From NCBI GenBank assembly GCA_965644295.1, contig CBFFRP010000333.1:64538-128537 (forward strand): DNA of 64,000 nt. Direction: 5' to 3'. Position 1 is the first letter of the stretch. Each line of letters starts with the position of its first letter. The notes beneath the pieces were generated by a model. The model was not told the origin of the DNA. It saw only the letters and a list, made by a program, of their open reading frames with translations, and searched no databases. Source of the stretch: Paraphysomonas bandaiensis (taxonomy: Eukaryota; Protista; Chrysophyceae). A program made the position numbers and the translations under genes. Below, piece by piece: positions 12,723 to 26,000 of this stretch.

Positions 12723-15700
12723 CTAACAAATATGAAGAAATTCTCCGGTACATAGAGGTGAATACGGGTTCACGGCTCTCCACATCAGTGCCTCATTAAG
12801 CGACAAAAACGATGACTTGTCTTCCAGCATTACAACAGAGCCTTGGATACGTTTGCCAGTTACAACAGAAACTAAAACTTTCAAATTTTGATTTGCTACT
12901 GGGAGAAGTGATCCCTACATGATCGGTTAAAAAGATAGATAGACATAGGAAACTAATAAACCTGCACAACTATAGGTAGTCCTTCAATTCCACTGACCGC
13001 ATTGCATCCGTATGGGACCCGAAACACAGACTGGACTCCTTCAGGGGGATTAGGAAGAGTAGATGGTAGGAGTGGAAGAGAAAGCAGCGTTCCAACTCGA
13101 CGTATAACTCTAGATTTATATTAGTCATTGAAACGAATAAGAACATAGTCGCTCACTCTTCAATCTCCGCTGTGAGCTCACCATAGACCCTGCAAGTGTG
13201 CAGCGCGGTTGCTGACAAACTGCGGTAATTACTATGAAAACTGTAGGTAGGATCATTGCCAAATTCTTGAAGTAGGCGTCGCAACTCTCGCAAGAGCATC
13301 ACCAGCTGTGAATTACACTTCAGTGCAACCTAACATATACAGTGTCCAATACCTCATGCGGAACACCAGCTTCAGAAGTCATGCTACTTTCGATATTAGA
13401 CACAAGTTTTTCGACCGTGACCAGTGCACAAGGATCACCGCTCTGCACTCGTATACACATTTCCTTAAAAGTATTTCAAAGATTAATATAAAATATAATC
13501 GCGAATAGAAAAGCAGCAACCTGTACTGCAATCTTTTCAACTGAAATAGGAAAATTAGCACTCTGTGATATCGTGCCCAGAATTCTGGCATATTAAATGT
13601 AACATTACTTAATGACAACATACATATCAAATTCTAACCTCAACATCCCACTGGCAACATCCCAGAATCCAATTTTCACAGCGCGGTGTGCTCCAAACCA
13701 ACACATGTGCGACAAGAACGTCATCCTCAATGCCCCATTCAAATCCTGTGCACTGCAACAGGTTTTTACAATAACAATATTTATATCAGAATATATATAT
13801 ACCTACCGAACATTTCTCAAAACATTCAATACTTTCTGTACTGTCGCTGGTAGCTGCATTGGCTCGCCGATATGACGTTCTAACCGCTTCAAACCTGTTC
13901 GTGCAGCCTGTAATCGAATTAGAACAAAAACAGCATCAGAGAATAACATACCGATAAGTGATCGTTTCCTGTGATATATGCTACGATGGCCTCTTCGTCA
14001 TGACCTATAGCATCCGCTTCAGCAGCTTTAGAAAGTTCTAAATCATTCTTCGAGGGCTCCCTGTTTTCACTGCTACTTGCATGCCTACAATGATATATCA
14101 CAACGATGGTGACTCTGGGTGATAGTACCGAGCAATTCGAAGAGCACGTTCTTGTTCGGAGTTAGGATAGTCTAATCGCTGCAATATATCTAACGCAAGC
14201 TCTAAATCCTGGCGTAGTTTTATCGTATGTGTAGTAAATATGAATACAACCCGCGAACCTTTAAATACTCTGCCTTTTCAGCCATCATGCGGACGCATTC
14301 TGAGCCATCTATATCAAGGCAGTCACAAACTGCAAATGCGAGATCCGATTCTACAACACGAATGGGATTAACATAATGACATTACACACAAATTAATCCA
14401 CCCTACCCCCACAAAGAAGCAGAAGCTTCACACAAGCTACAGTCTCTCCAATACTGATCAGATGTGCTGCCAACCACAAAATATAAAATTTAGAGAAAAC
14501 AACGCTTCTCATGAGTTACCAGCAGCACTAATGGGTCGAGCTCGAGACACAGAGATCTCAGCTGATCGTAAAGCGACCTCACGAACCACTCGTCTACTAG
14601 CCTCCGCTTCAGTTTCAGTACGTTCCCTGCATTTTAACGGCCATACAAGTTAAGCAGATGGCTATAAGAGTAATCCATCCTTTTCACCTAAATGCCTCGT
14701 TCTTAGGCCCCGCCCATGTCCCGGTGTCACATCTACTTAATTTGTTTGGTGATTTCTTAACAACTCTATCTATTGCCTCCGCTGAGTAATCTGTACCATG
14801 AAGCTGTGCATATCGATTATGGATTACTCTCAAGCGACCCAGAACCTACCATATCGGGGATCAAATCAGTTCGGTGTTCAGACATTTTGGCTACAACCTA
14901 AAACAAAACACATCCATTATACTCGATTAATAGATAGAGAATCACACCATCGCAGATGTTGACTCGTTCCTATGCAGATGGAAATCTATCACAGTTCTGT
15001 CTTGCCCGACAGCTGCGCATTGCTAAGATAAAGACGCTTCTGCTGAATGCAGCAAATCACCAACCTAGATAGTACGGAATGCAATCCTCCGACATATTTT
15101 TCCGAAGCACCTAAAACATCTTGGTCTTATATAATAGCATATTAAATAAATAAGTTTACCTCAGCGTATTCTTTCATTAAATGTTGCCAGTACTCAATCG
15201 ACACACTGAACATGACGCTTCACAATGAAGATTCATAAAAAGTCGTGCTTTTACCTTGGGGCCACAGCTAATGCAGCTTTCCAGTCCCCCACCTCAACCA
15301 TAATAGAGCAGTATTTGAGAAAGTCACCTGTGTAAGCATAAGCACTTATAATACAATCCGAAGTAACTAACCAACTTGTGCGTATTTCAGAGCTGCCTGT
15401 CGTAAATTCTCTTCAACCTTCCCGCTCACATCCCCTCTGTTTATGTTGCAGATAATAACAATATCACTGAGGGATGGTATGCATATACCTTCTAGTTCCC
15501 ATTTTCGAACTCTCCAACCGCCTAGCGTCAGACTTCGCAGTGGCTATCACAAGATGAGAAAAGTAGAAAAAAACAAAGAAACTCCACCAACCTAGAATGG
15601 TATCTTCAGGTAGAGCTGTGGCAACCCCGGCTTGCGCGGAATGAAGATGTAGGCAAGGCACGATATTTGAACCCACTGCAATATCAACATCAGCAGGAAT

Positions 15701-18700
15701 CTAATCGTCACATTGGAGCAAACCATCCGTCTGGCTCTTGCAATACGCAATCACGCAATCCCACAGGTTCAAACATCCATTTGCTCCGCAGAAAAAACTA
15801 ATATCAGCCCAAATTAATACCACATGTGCATGTATTGAGCGACCTACTTAAACAGACTTTTGTACTTAAGGGCCAACTCCAAACCATGAACTTTCTTCTT
15901 TCTTGTACTGATAAGCGTAGGTCCAGAATCACAAGATGCAATCATAAAATGTGCAGCCAGCTGCTTGCTAGCCTTGCCACATATTCGGGGCTCCAGCTCA
16001 TCCGAGAGAGCACTGAGGAGGTTCCCCGCAGGCATCTCGTCTGCTGCTGCCTCAATGGCTTCTGACTGAATACAGTTGCCAAAGTTCCCGTCCATGATAC
16101 ATCTTAGTCGCATACGTACTGCGAAGCCCTATTCAGTAAAAACAATCACATCTCATTTCACATCACTGCGGTACACTGTCACCTCTATTTCCCATAGACG
16201 AAGAGTACTATCGCGTGAACAGGACACATATGTGAATGGCCTCTTGGGGTGTGAACTGACTGTAAAATATGACTCATCTACGCGAAATTATCCATTAACT
16301 AGATTACTATACCTGTATATATGTCGGCGACATGGTCACAAACAACCTATAAAAAATCAAAAAAGAGTACAGCAACAAGCATAAGTTCTAATGCCTGTAA
16401 ACATGTCCCGGTACTAGCATTCCACACTCTAATTGTCGAGTCCCATGATCCCGATATTAGAATCTGCCTGTGCTCATAATTCCACGTCAAGGCTCTGACA
16501 TTCGATCTGAATAACGATCAAACGATAAATATGTCATTCTTTTGTACAAGTCGAGTACTTACGTATGTCCTTCAAGGCTGCGAACAGGAGACAGTGTGTG
16601 GTTGACTAAATCTCCAGTTTTATCGACATCAGGTATCTATCCGTCTCATTACACAGTAATTATAAAAGTGAAATATTACCTCCCATAGCTTGACAGTGTG
16701 GTCATCAGAACCACTAGCCAGCAAACCACAAATGAGAGGCGACCACGAGACAGAAAATGCGCGCGATTGGTGTCCACGCAATACGTATATTGGGGCGAGT
16801 TTAGTTTTGTACTTAAATACACGTACAAAACCATCTTGGCATCCTGTTGTGAGTAAAAAACTACTCAAAACAGCAAGAACAATATGATTCTTCAAATCCT
16901 ACTTACCAGTCGCAAACATGTGAGAGGAGTGGGGACACCAATCGCAACCAAATATCGCACTGGGGTGTTCAAATCTGTATCCAACACAGGTGTACCAGCA
17001 ATAAAGTAGTTTACCATAAGCAAAGTAACTGTCACCTGCCAATGAATGTTGGTTGTGCCTCCTGCTGAGCTGGGTTAGCTTTCTTACGTCGTGATCCTGC
17101 ATCTGATGAGTGGATTGCTCCATCGTACGAGAACAAGTATACCTATAGAGCCTCCTGAATTGGATACTTCACCAAGTGTGCTCAAATCTATTTCAATAAC
17201 AGCTGCTACACCTATGTCTTGATTTAATACATTGCTGTATAGAGTTTGCATAACATACCGTCTGCAGAGGCGGATAACAAAACATTTTCAAGAGCGTAAT
17301 TCCATTTGACGGCGTACGATGCCTAAAATATTTTAATTAGTAAACCCCACTTCGGCATATACGGTTGTCACCTTCTTGTGGTATTTGTATCGAACAAGTT
17401 CTCGGCCAGACTCTACACTCCAGATCAAAATGTCTCCACCAATCGTGCTTCCGGCGATCAATGTGCTGTCTTTGGACCAGGAGCAACTAAAATGTGTATG
17501 TTACAAGAATTTTGACAGGCCAAAGTGTAGACCTGTAAATTATTGACTCTGGGCCATAGAGAGTCTTTTGAAGAGTCAAGTCGTCGGTGCTCCATATCTG
17601 TAACAATATAACTTCAGGGGGGCTAGTAGCAGCGCAATCTACCTTTATCGTGCTGTCATAAGAGCAGGTGCAGAGTGTATCCGGAGAGACAGGAGACATA
17701 CTGCAGTCGAATATAGTGTCTGTATGTCCAGCAGAGGTCGCGAACTCTACCTAAACAGCGAAAATAATGCACAGAATGAGACCAAGAGCGTTCAATGGCA
17801 TATTATATAAACAGTATACCACACCTGTCGTTTAAGCATGTGGTATACTACAATCGACCCATCTGTGCATCCACACACCATTCGGCTTGACCCAGAGGCA
17901 AAGTGAACACATTGAATACCTGCACAAAGTTACCATTAGAACTGATACATAGGATATGGTCACTTTACAACCCGCAGATACAATAACAACATCGGTTTAA
18001 TAGAACTAACAACGCCACATAATTAAGCGTGGTGTACACTCACCACCACTATGTACCCTTACGGATTCTAGTGGGGCCCGTTGAGAAGCGTTCCACACTT
18101 TGATCACACCTATAAGCGATCCCGTTATATACATAATGAGAATCCAATTTTTTACAATTACACCTGTTTTAGCATTCGCGGATATGAAGTTTCCTGCTGT
18201 CCAATCTAGCCATGCTATATGATAATGGGCACGTGTTAGTACAGAACAGTTGACATTCGTATGTGCATATCTCTTCCACAAAAAAATCGTTCGATCAATA
18301 TTATATAATATTTCGTTCACCTATACAGGAAATTCCAGTGCTCTGTTTATCAAATACATGTACTTCCGAAGCTGTCTCTGTATCCCAAAGCGATATGAAG
18401 GCTTGGTACGCAACGATCATGTATACGGCTGACAGGCGATCCCACTGTAGGTCTGATATTGAGGTGGCCCGATCCTTCACCTGCATGAATTTATTCGCAC
18501 AGATAGATTTAGTCAACCAAATATTACAGCATGTGCATTGGTTCACCTTAAGGGTTTTGACCTTTCGGGAGTGGGTTTCATAAATGTAGGTCACTCCATT
18601 ACTTCCTCCAATTGCCAGTTGTCCGATGACATGTGGGTTCCACCTTATCAAGCAAAAGGTATCAAATATAGATGTATTCTAGGAGAAAATATAAACCTTG

Positions 18701-19191
18701 CGACGTTTGCAACAAAAGTATCAGAATCGGCGACATAGAGTCTTTTTGTAGTGCAAGAATCTTCCCTCATATCCCTGAATTGCATAATGTACATTAACTA
18801 GAAACAACTGCAGATAAAACAATAACCATGCAAACAACTGAAGCTTTGGCCTATTTACAATAACTGCACAGTTATTTGGATCATGTGGGTCCCAAGCAAG
18901 TATATCTCCTTGATGCATAAACTTCAGTGTACACTCTTCGCTCGTGATGTTCCACACACAGATTGCTCCATCGACACCAGAGCACACCACATGATTGTCA
19001 TTGTGCGGACTCACCGACATCGACCTCATGCTACGCGACTGTATAGATATAATCCTTTCAACCACAAATGTGGAGGGATTGATAACATAAAGCGCTAGTT
19101 TGGAACAGAATAATATCTTACTGTCACTGGCATAGACGATTGTTTGCTCGCACTGATGGCAGCCCGCTGGAAGAAGGGCAATTTGCCGCAT
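12723..19191 (-). CDS. WDR17: WD40-repeat protein WDR17 homologue, highly intron-rich
   Basis: N-terminus MRQIALLPAGC..LALYV and C-terminus LEDKSSFLSLNEALMWRAVNPYSPL (stop at 12723-12725) resemble the WDR17 ends. Many WD repeats (GHTDTIFDC, GHQSRAFSVSWSP, GSDDHTVKLW, SGSWDSTIRVW) lie across many short exons. Confidence 0.88.
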
Positions 19192-19420
19192 GACAATATA
19201 TGATGCAGGTTAGAGTGGCACTAATACGGCTGGACGGTGTGTCTGGTTTAAAGAATATGTGAGTGAGTGCAGTGAGATTTAAAGAACAGACTGAATGCGA
19301 GTACAAAAACAGATGTACTGGACGACACTGTGTATTATAGTACTGCTGTACGATATCTATAAGTACTGCTATCTGAGACTTTTATGCACACAGAGAAATG
19401 CACAAAATAAAAAAAGGAAG

Positions 19421-19494
19421 CGCTCACAGGAGGGCTCGAACCTCCGACCTTTCGGTTAACAGCCGAATGCTCTAGCCAACTGAGCTATGCGAGC
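19421..19494 (-). tRNA. tRNA-Asn(GTT)
   Basis: Reverse complement GCTCGCATAGCTCAGTTGGCTAGAGCATTCGGCT-GTT-AACCGAAAGGTCGGAGGTTCGAGCCCTCCTGTGAGCG folds as a cloverleaf. An oligo-T terminator follows. Confidence 0.96.
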
Positions 19495-20161
19495 TACTTG
19501 TTGACTAGAGTGATTGAAATAGCTAATATATATTCATTATAATTATTGCCACCGGTCACTCTGAGCGTATCTAAGATCAAATGCTCGTAAGATGAGGACA
19601 TTCTCATCGGTCCACGCGGTCCTCACAAAACACATCAGTGTCCAGCTGACTTCAGGATTAAGTAAGTGTGAGAGCTGCCCACGGACGTGTAGTCCTTCAG
19701 TGTCAAGAGGTGCGGTTAATCAGGTGGACGCACTTTGGGGTATGGGTCCTCGACATTTAAGGGAGGGTCAGAGTTAAGTAGATGAGAGGATAGTGTTCCG
19801 AGGGAAAGTCAAATGGTGCGAGGTGGAGGCGTAGAATCTGTAGAGTCTAGGGGCGCCGCTCACTGTAGTGTATGAGTTGAACGTAAATAGAGCTGGTGGA
19901 GTTGCCCAGCTAGGAGTCTCTGCTGAGGCGTCATCGGGTTCAAAGTGAGGGGGCTTATGGGTTGTGTGTGATAGTTGGCGGTGGAATTATGGAGGGAGCT
20001 GTTGACCTGGGGTGGGGTTGGGTATAGGGCACAGACCGTTTTGTCACTCCTAGAAGTCGTAGAACCGGCTGTAGCTATGCATGAATTATGTACTGTATGT
20101 AATTCACGCAGATTTAGCAAGGCCATGTTCACCTTCCCATCCCCTAACATAGGCCTAGCAT

Positions 20162-20507
20162 CCCTCAACAAAGTCGGACTCGCACCTTTTCGTGGTGTTC
20201 TGGGGGATAAGTACCGGAGATATTTCTCCGGGAAACTAACGTGAGCCGCATATTATATAGTCAGCAGATATATTGTTCTGCCCACTCATAGCCAAATGCT
20301 TGTGTGGTACAAGGGACACTAATAAGTGTCACTTGTGTAGACGTCTTTGGGCCCTGACGAATAAACAGGCATCCGGGACAGGGCCCACCAGAAGGGTAAC
20401 CGGGGTATTGGGCTGCCTGCTGAAGTTAAGCATCCGGGATGTTCACCTTAAGAACTCAAAACACCTGAAGTCAGCAGATGTCAGGTATATCAACATTCTG
20501 CTTGCTC
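20162..20507 (+). repeat. Repeat unit A, copy 1
   Basis: CCCTCAACAAAGTCGGACTCGCACC...CTTAAGAACTC is shared with 21844-22164 and with the inverted copy at 22360-22699. Confidence 0.92.
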
Positions 20508-21620
20508 CCTGCGTTTGCTTTGAGTGATTGATGCTGAGTATGAGTTCACATTATTCGGTATCTGTGTGGCCGGCCAATGACCGAGGTAATGCGTCAAACT
20601 TTCCTCATGGATGCATGGCAATGGCAATGATGTGATTAGACCTGTCATGTCTTCTCACACGTCAACTGCCTAGTCTTGGTTTCTCCTGACCCAGGTCATT
20701 GAGATTATATCAAGGCTCTGGCACTGTTCTCCAAGCAGTGTCAGGTACATTTGTGGTGCTTTTATGTTATTCTTGCTAAGTAGGTTTTCATCCGAGCGGG
20801 GAAGGTGCACGGTTTCCTACTAGTGTAAGTCACTCGGGAGAAGAGTGCAAGGTGGATGCATGTGCTGGATGAGTGCACACAATGGAGGGAAGACATTGGA
20901 GTCAGCTTGAATTTGTAACAGATTTTGGTAGATGTCTGTTTCATGCGTCAGTGTGCAAAATTGCACCAGTGAGACCGCTTCGTGACCGTGGGAGGACCCG
21001 GCGCTATAGCTACTTTATTCTCCCTTCCAGACTACCTGCTGCTGTGAACACCACCTTGAAGAGGGCCCTAAAGATCTGCCGCATATACAGGAGACATATG
21101 CCGAAGACACCGACCGCAAGTTGTTTGTGTTAGGACAAGTAGATTGGGCAGGAGCGTATGATCCGGCTTAAACACGCAACTCGTCGTATGCCCATGTAGC
21201 TAACTAAATCGTGTTGTATAGTTGAGCACTTGTCGGTGCATGCAATAGTAACTAGATGAGAGTCATGTTATGCATAGTGTCGCGCGAGTTGTTAGGTTGG
21301 TCGCGGCAACGCACAAGCTTGCGCTTCTTAATAATCAGATTTTCAATAGGCCTAGCATGGCATGATGAGAGATGATTGATTATTGAGTGCGATTATAGTT
21401 CAGTTACTTAAGTTGAACTATCCTATAAATATCAATGGAAAACATTATTCAACCTCTAGTCAAATTGGTTGAATTACCTAGTCACATAAATTTTGATGTA
21501 AAAGTCAAGTCAATGTAATAGATAATTCAATATCTGCACTTATTGATTGATGGCTTGGTAAATACCATAAACACCTAGTACAATGTCAATATTGGATAAG
21601 TATAACACAACAGAGCACCC

Positions 21621-22352
21621 TTGAAAGTCTTATTATTAGCAATAGGTGTTAAGAATCAGCACCAGTTTAGTAGCTAGAAGAAAACTAGTCAAGCTAGATA
21701 GACGTCTACCTGTAACTAACTAGTACAAACTCTATTATCCTACTATATAACGCTGCGAAAGCTGCTTCTCCGTCGCCGCAAGCACCAAGGTGCAACCACT
21801 TTGCTCTATCGCTCAAAACAAATGCCGTGAGCAAGTGAGCAAGCCCTCAACAAAGTCGGACTCGCACCTTTTCGTGGTGTTCTGGGGGATAAGTACCGGA
21901 GAGATTCTCTCTGGGAAACTAACGTGAGCCGCAAACATATAGTCAGCAGATATTCTTCTGCCCACTCATAGCCGAATGTTTGTGTGGTACAAGGGACACC
22001 AATAAGTGTCACTTGTGTAGACGTCTTTGGGCCCTGACGAATACACAGGCATCCGGGAACGGATTCACCTTACCGGAATCCGGGAATGAGCCTACCTGAA
22101 GGATGACCGGGGTATTGGGCTGCCTGCTGAAGTCAAGCATCCGGGATGTTCACCTTAAGAACTCAGAGCGGAAGTGGTCGCACCTTGGTGCTTGCGGCAA
22201 CGCACAAGCAGCTTCCGTAGCGTTAAATAGTAGGATAAAAAAGTGTGTACTAATTAGTTACAGGTAGAGGTCTAACTAGTTTGTCTAGCATTCATCTAGC
22301 TACTAAGTTGGTGCAGGTTTTTAACGCCTATTGCTAATAATAAGACTTTCAA
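21621..22352. repeat. Approx. 187-bp imperfect inverted repeat (unit B arms) enclosing unit A copy 2
   Basis: 21621-21807 is about 85% identical by eye to the reverse complement of 22165-22352, nearly ungapped. Confidence 0.9.
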
Positions 22353-22359
22353 AATAAGT

Positions 22360-22699
22360 GAGCAAGCAGAATGTTTATATAGCTGATATCTGCTAACTTC
22401 GGATACTTGACTTCAGCAGGCAGCCCAATACCCCGGTCATCCTTCAGGTAGACTCATTCCCGGATTCCGGTAAGGTGAATCCGTTCCCGGATGCCTGTGT
22501 ATTTGTCAAGGCCCTAAGACGTCTACACAAGTGACACTTATTGGTGTCCCTTGTACCACACAAACATTCGGCCATGAGTGGACAGAACAATATATGCTGT
22601 CTATGTTTGCGGCTCACGTTAGTTTTTTCCGGAGAAATATCTCCGGTACTTATCCCTCAGAACCCCACAAAAAGGTGCGAGTCCGACTTTGCTGAGGGC
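22360..22699 (-). repeat. Repeat unit A, copy 3 (inverted)
   Basis: Reverse complement matches copies 1 and 2, with a deletion of about 30 nt relative to copy 1. Confidence 0.9.
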
Positions 22700-23081
22700 G
22701 CACAGAGTACTATTAGCTAGACAATTATATAAACACTTGTCAGAGCATATAGTAGCACCTGGATGCGAATCTATCAACTATTTAGTTGGTCATGGTAACA
22801 TAACTACATTATTCTAGTTCCGTTGGGTCTATCTAGGACTTTAATTTCGGCAGAGACTTTGCACGTAAAGTATGACATTTAAAGTTTTAATTCGTGCTAA
22901 GAAGTTAAGCTAGTATAACAACTGATATCGCAAAACCTTGGCTGTGGAATACTTTGGGAAATTAAGATGATCTCAATAAAACTCAGAACTTGAGAAAAAA
23001 GTACACACGGCAGTTCTGTGCCGATAGTGATGACTGAATCACTGTACAAAAATATTTAAACTAATTAAATTAGCAAATATA

Positions 23082-26000
23082 TCAGGACTCATGATCTAAA
23101 TTAAAATAGTTATCTATTAATACATCCATTGTATTGCCTAGAACGGAATCTTTCATATCGTATATACCACTCGCCCGCCCTTTCGACATCAGTTCAATTG
23201 CATGAATATGTATTGCAGGATTCCTAACAGTGTATCCATGCTGTGAAAATATGGCGGCTATTCTATTATCGCAGCGCGGAGCTCCCAAATAAAAGGCAGA
23301 GTCTTGAATGACTGCGTCTTGCACTGGTGCCTGAAATATCCACGCGTCCTGGCTATCAATTCTAGGATTCATATGAATGAAGGGTTTCAAAGGACTCCAG
23401 TCCGTCCACTTTTGAAGCGCGATTACAATGTCACGAAGTTGTAACTCAGAAACGCGTCCCAATCTAACTAGTGACTCATCAAAGTATATATCAGAGTTCG
23501 CTGAGTGCGGTATTCGTTATGACAGAATAAAAAACTAGTAATCATGCATACCTAAAATAACAGTCCGACCAGCCAAATATTCATTTGCAAATATAAACGC
23601 ATCCTGAAAAGTCAGTCGTTTTCCGGTTACGATTTGATGAATTTTATGACTATTCGGAAGATTTTCAAAAGAAAGTGTCTTCTCATTGAGCAAATAAATA
23701 TCAGATATCAAAGGATTCACCAAATTTTTGGAAAGTGCATTCAAAATATCACCAGATATCGATTTTGATGTAACGCTTTCAAAATAACATTGTGTTATAA
23801 TAGCAATGCGATTTCCAACTTGATCGTCTGATAGGCTATACCCATACAGCTCCGAGGAGACAGAAGGTACCATCGGTTCGGGACGTAAAAGTCGAGCAAA
23901 ATCATTCGCAGCTGTAGAAACTGCGGTAGTCTCATCGCTGTCTTTGGGTAACTCAACTAAACACTCTCGGGTTGTCTCAATTATATGTCCGTACGAAAGC
24001 TGTATATGTCGAATTACGTCAACAAAGGACTTGCCCATCATTGGCAGCACATCTTTTCCACGGATAGCCTATATGCCTTCTGAATAAGATAGTTAAAATA
24101 TCTACTTGCTCACCTTGTAGAGATCATTCAATGGAGAAATACTTTTCTCTGACCATTTCACAACAGAAAACAAAATGAGATATGCACCACCTTCTGTGAC
24201 ACTGGGAATATTCATGATTCCAGTCGCAGTTTCTATACATTCAACATATCTGCACACAAGTTTACCAAACCGAGTAGGTTGAGAATTATCAGGAATACCT
24301 CCCAAATCTGTGAAGCGCTGTCATCAGGCTATTTTCAATGGACTGTACACACGACAAAAATATCAGAGCGTATATGAAGTGCATGTAAGTGCAACTCTAC
24401 TTTTTTAGGGAATTCGAATATAGCACTCTTTATTGCAGATACGTGCTCCGTCGTTCGAAGAGCACTGTAGAGACTACTTATTGCTCGATCTTCATCCAAT
24501 GCATACACAGCGGCAACACCAATGCATCCAAACACCTCGCTGCTCTCCTCCCCTTTCGCCAGAAGTTCCGCTGCAGCAGTTTCGCAGAATGATATTGCTG
24601 AGCTATATTCTGCCCGAAAGTACTACAGAAAAAGGATGATAAGCAGCCAATCCCAATTTGCATCTCCCACCTGAATGATTCCAACTTCTAGTAGTAACAG
24701 TGGATCTCGAGGATACTCAGCCACAGCGCTAACTCCGAGCTCATATGCCTGGTTGAAATCCCCTGCCCCAGGTAAACTTGCGTTAATGAGTAATAACATG
24801 CGTAATACCACACACCACTCAGAGCAGTAGACTGAATTCGACTCAGAACTACTTCTCGCTTCGTATTTATACGCACAGTTTGCACGGTCTCTGGGTTGGG
24901 TTTATTTCCTCCTGACACTGTCCATCTGCTCTTTGGTGATTTCTCTACCGTTGGCTCAGTGTTCAAAATAGCTGACTTCTCAGAAGCTTCGTCGGAATCA
25001 AACCTCCAATTCCTGAAAATAGGCAACAACTCTGTCGAGTTCATTTCACTGGGCAGTGATGGTCGACCAGAAGAGTCTAAAAGCCATGTTTCCTTGCCCC
25101 GACGTGAATCAAACGATATTTGGTTCTCCAGTCTTAACGACCTTAATCTAGTTTCTGTGACCACATCACGCCCGGTAGTTAAAATGAATTCCTCCCAAGT
25201 TGGAGGGGCGAAACCGCCAGCTACCGCGAGAAATTTCGACCACTCATACGGGTGTTCCATGTCGTCCCATACCATCCACGAGCGTGCGCGAATGAGTCCC
25301 CTAATATACTCCATGTAGCAAGGATCACTGCAGAGCCGTGTGGCAATTGAGACATACTCCGACATATTCCTTGCTACAAGTTCTGGGAGATTCATTGTTC
25401 GCAACAACGCGGCACCCATTCTCCCCCTAAGGTACTCCGATGGAAGGGTGATAAATGGCACACCCATTGCAATGCCATCAGCAGCTGTTCGAGATCCATC
25501 AAAAGGAAATGGATGAAGTAATAAATCAGCAATCTTGAGCAGCCCCAAAAATTTTTCAGAGGAGACTCTGCCAATCATATGGCAGCGATCGACATGGGGC
25601 CCTAATGCTTTTTCGAGTCGTCCCACAAACCTATCTGTCCACCGCTGCCTTCGACCAGCCGTGACAACCAGTCTTGCATTGGGATTGTTTTGTAATAACT
25701 CTCCCAAAACTCTGTCGAACGAAGGATGAATTTTAAATACACTCTGAGGGCAGAAAAAAATAAACCAGTCTTCTGCGAACCCAAATTCAGCGCGCGTGTA
25801 TTCCCTAGACGCAGAGACATTCATTCGCCTGGTAATGTCTTCATTCTCTTCTGAAAGAGGAAACGTGTACCAAATACCTTGTCCTGGCAGTAAAACCACT
25901 TGTTCTGTATACGGATTCTCTTCGTCGGTGAGTCTAGTGCGGTATGGATGTTCCATGTAGTCTGATGAAATGAAGTAGTCCATGTGCTGTGATCCCGAAG

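Larger units (their letters stand above)
19547..22700. mobile_element. Degenerate composite repeat/transposon-derived region with nested direct and inverted repeats
   Basis: Unit A occurs at 20162-20507, 21844-22164 and inverted at 22360-22699. Unit B occurs at 21621-21807 and inverted at 22165-22352. No intact ORF. GC content rises at about 19547. Confidence 0.6.

Noticed and set aside
12723-19191. Fragmented ORFs suggesting a pseudogene or alternative genetic code
   Set aside because: In the junctions checked, stops fall inside GT-AG introns and the exons join in frame under the standard code.
20354-20362. CTGACGA as a hammerhead ribozyme core in repeat A
   Set aside because: There is no correctly placed stem II plus GAAA, and the motif is mutated in copy 3.
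19860-21133. Short ORFs in the repeat region as TE proteins
   Set aside because: No RT, integrase, recombinase or transposase motifs were recognisable.
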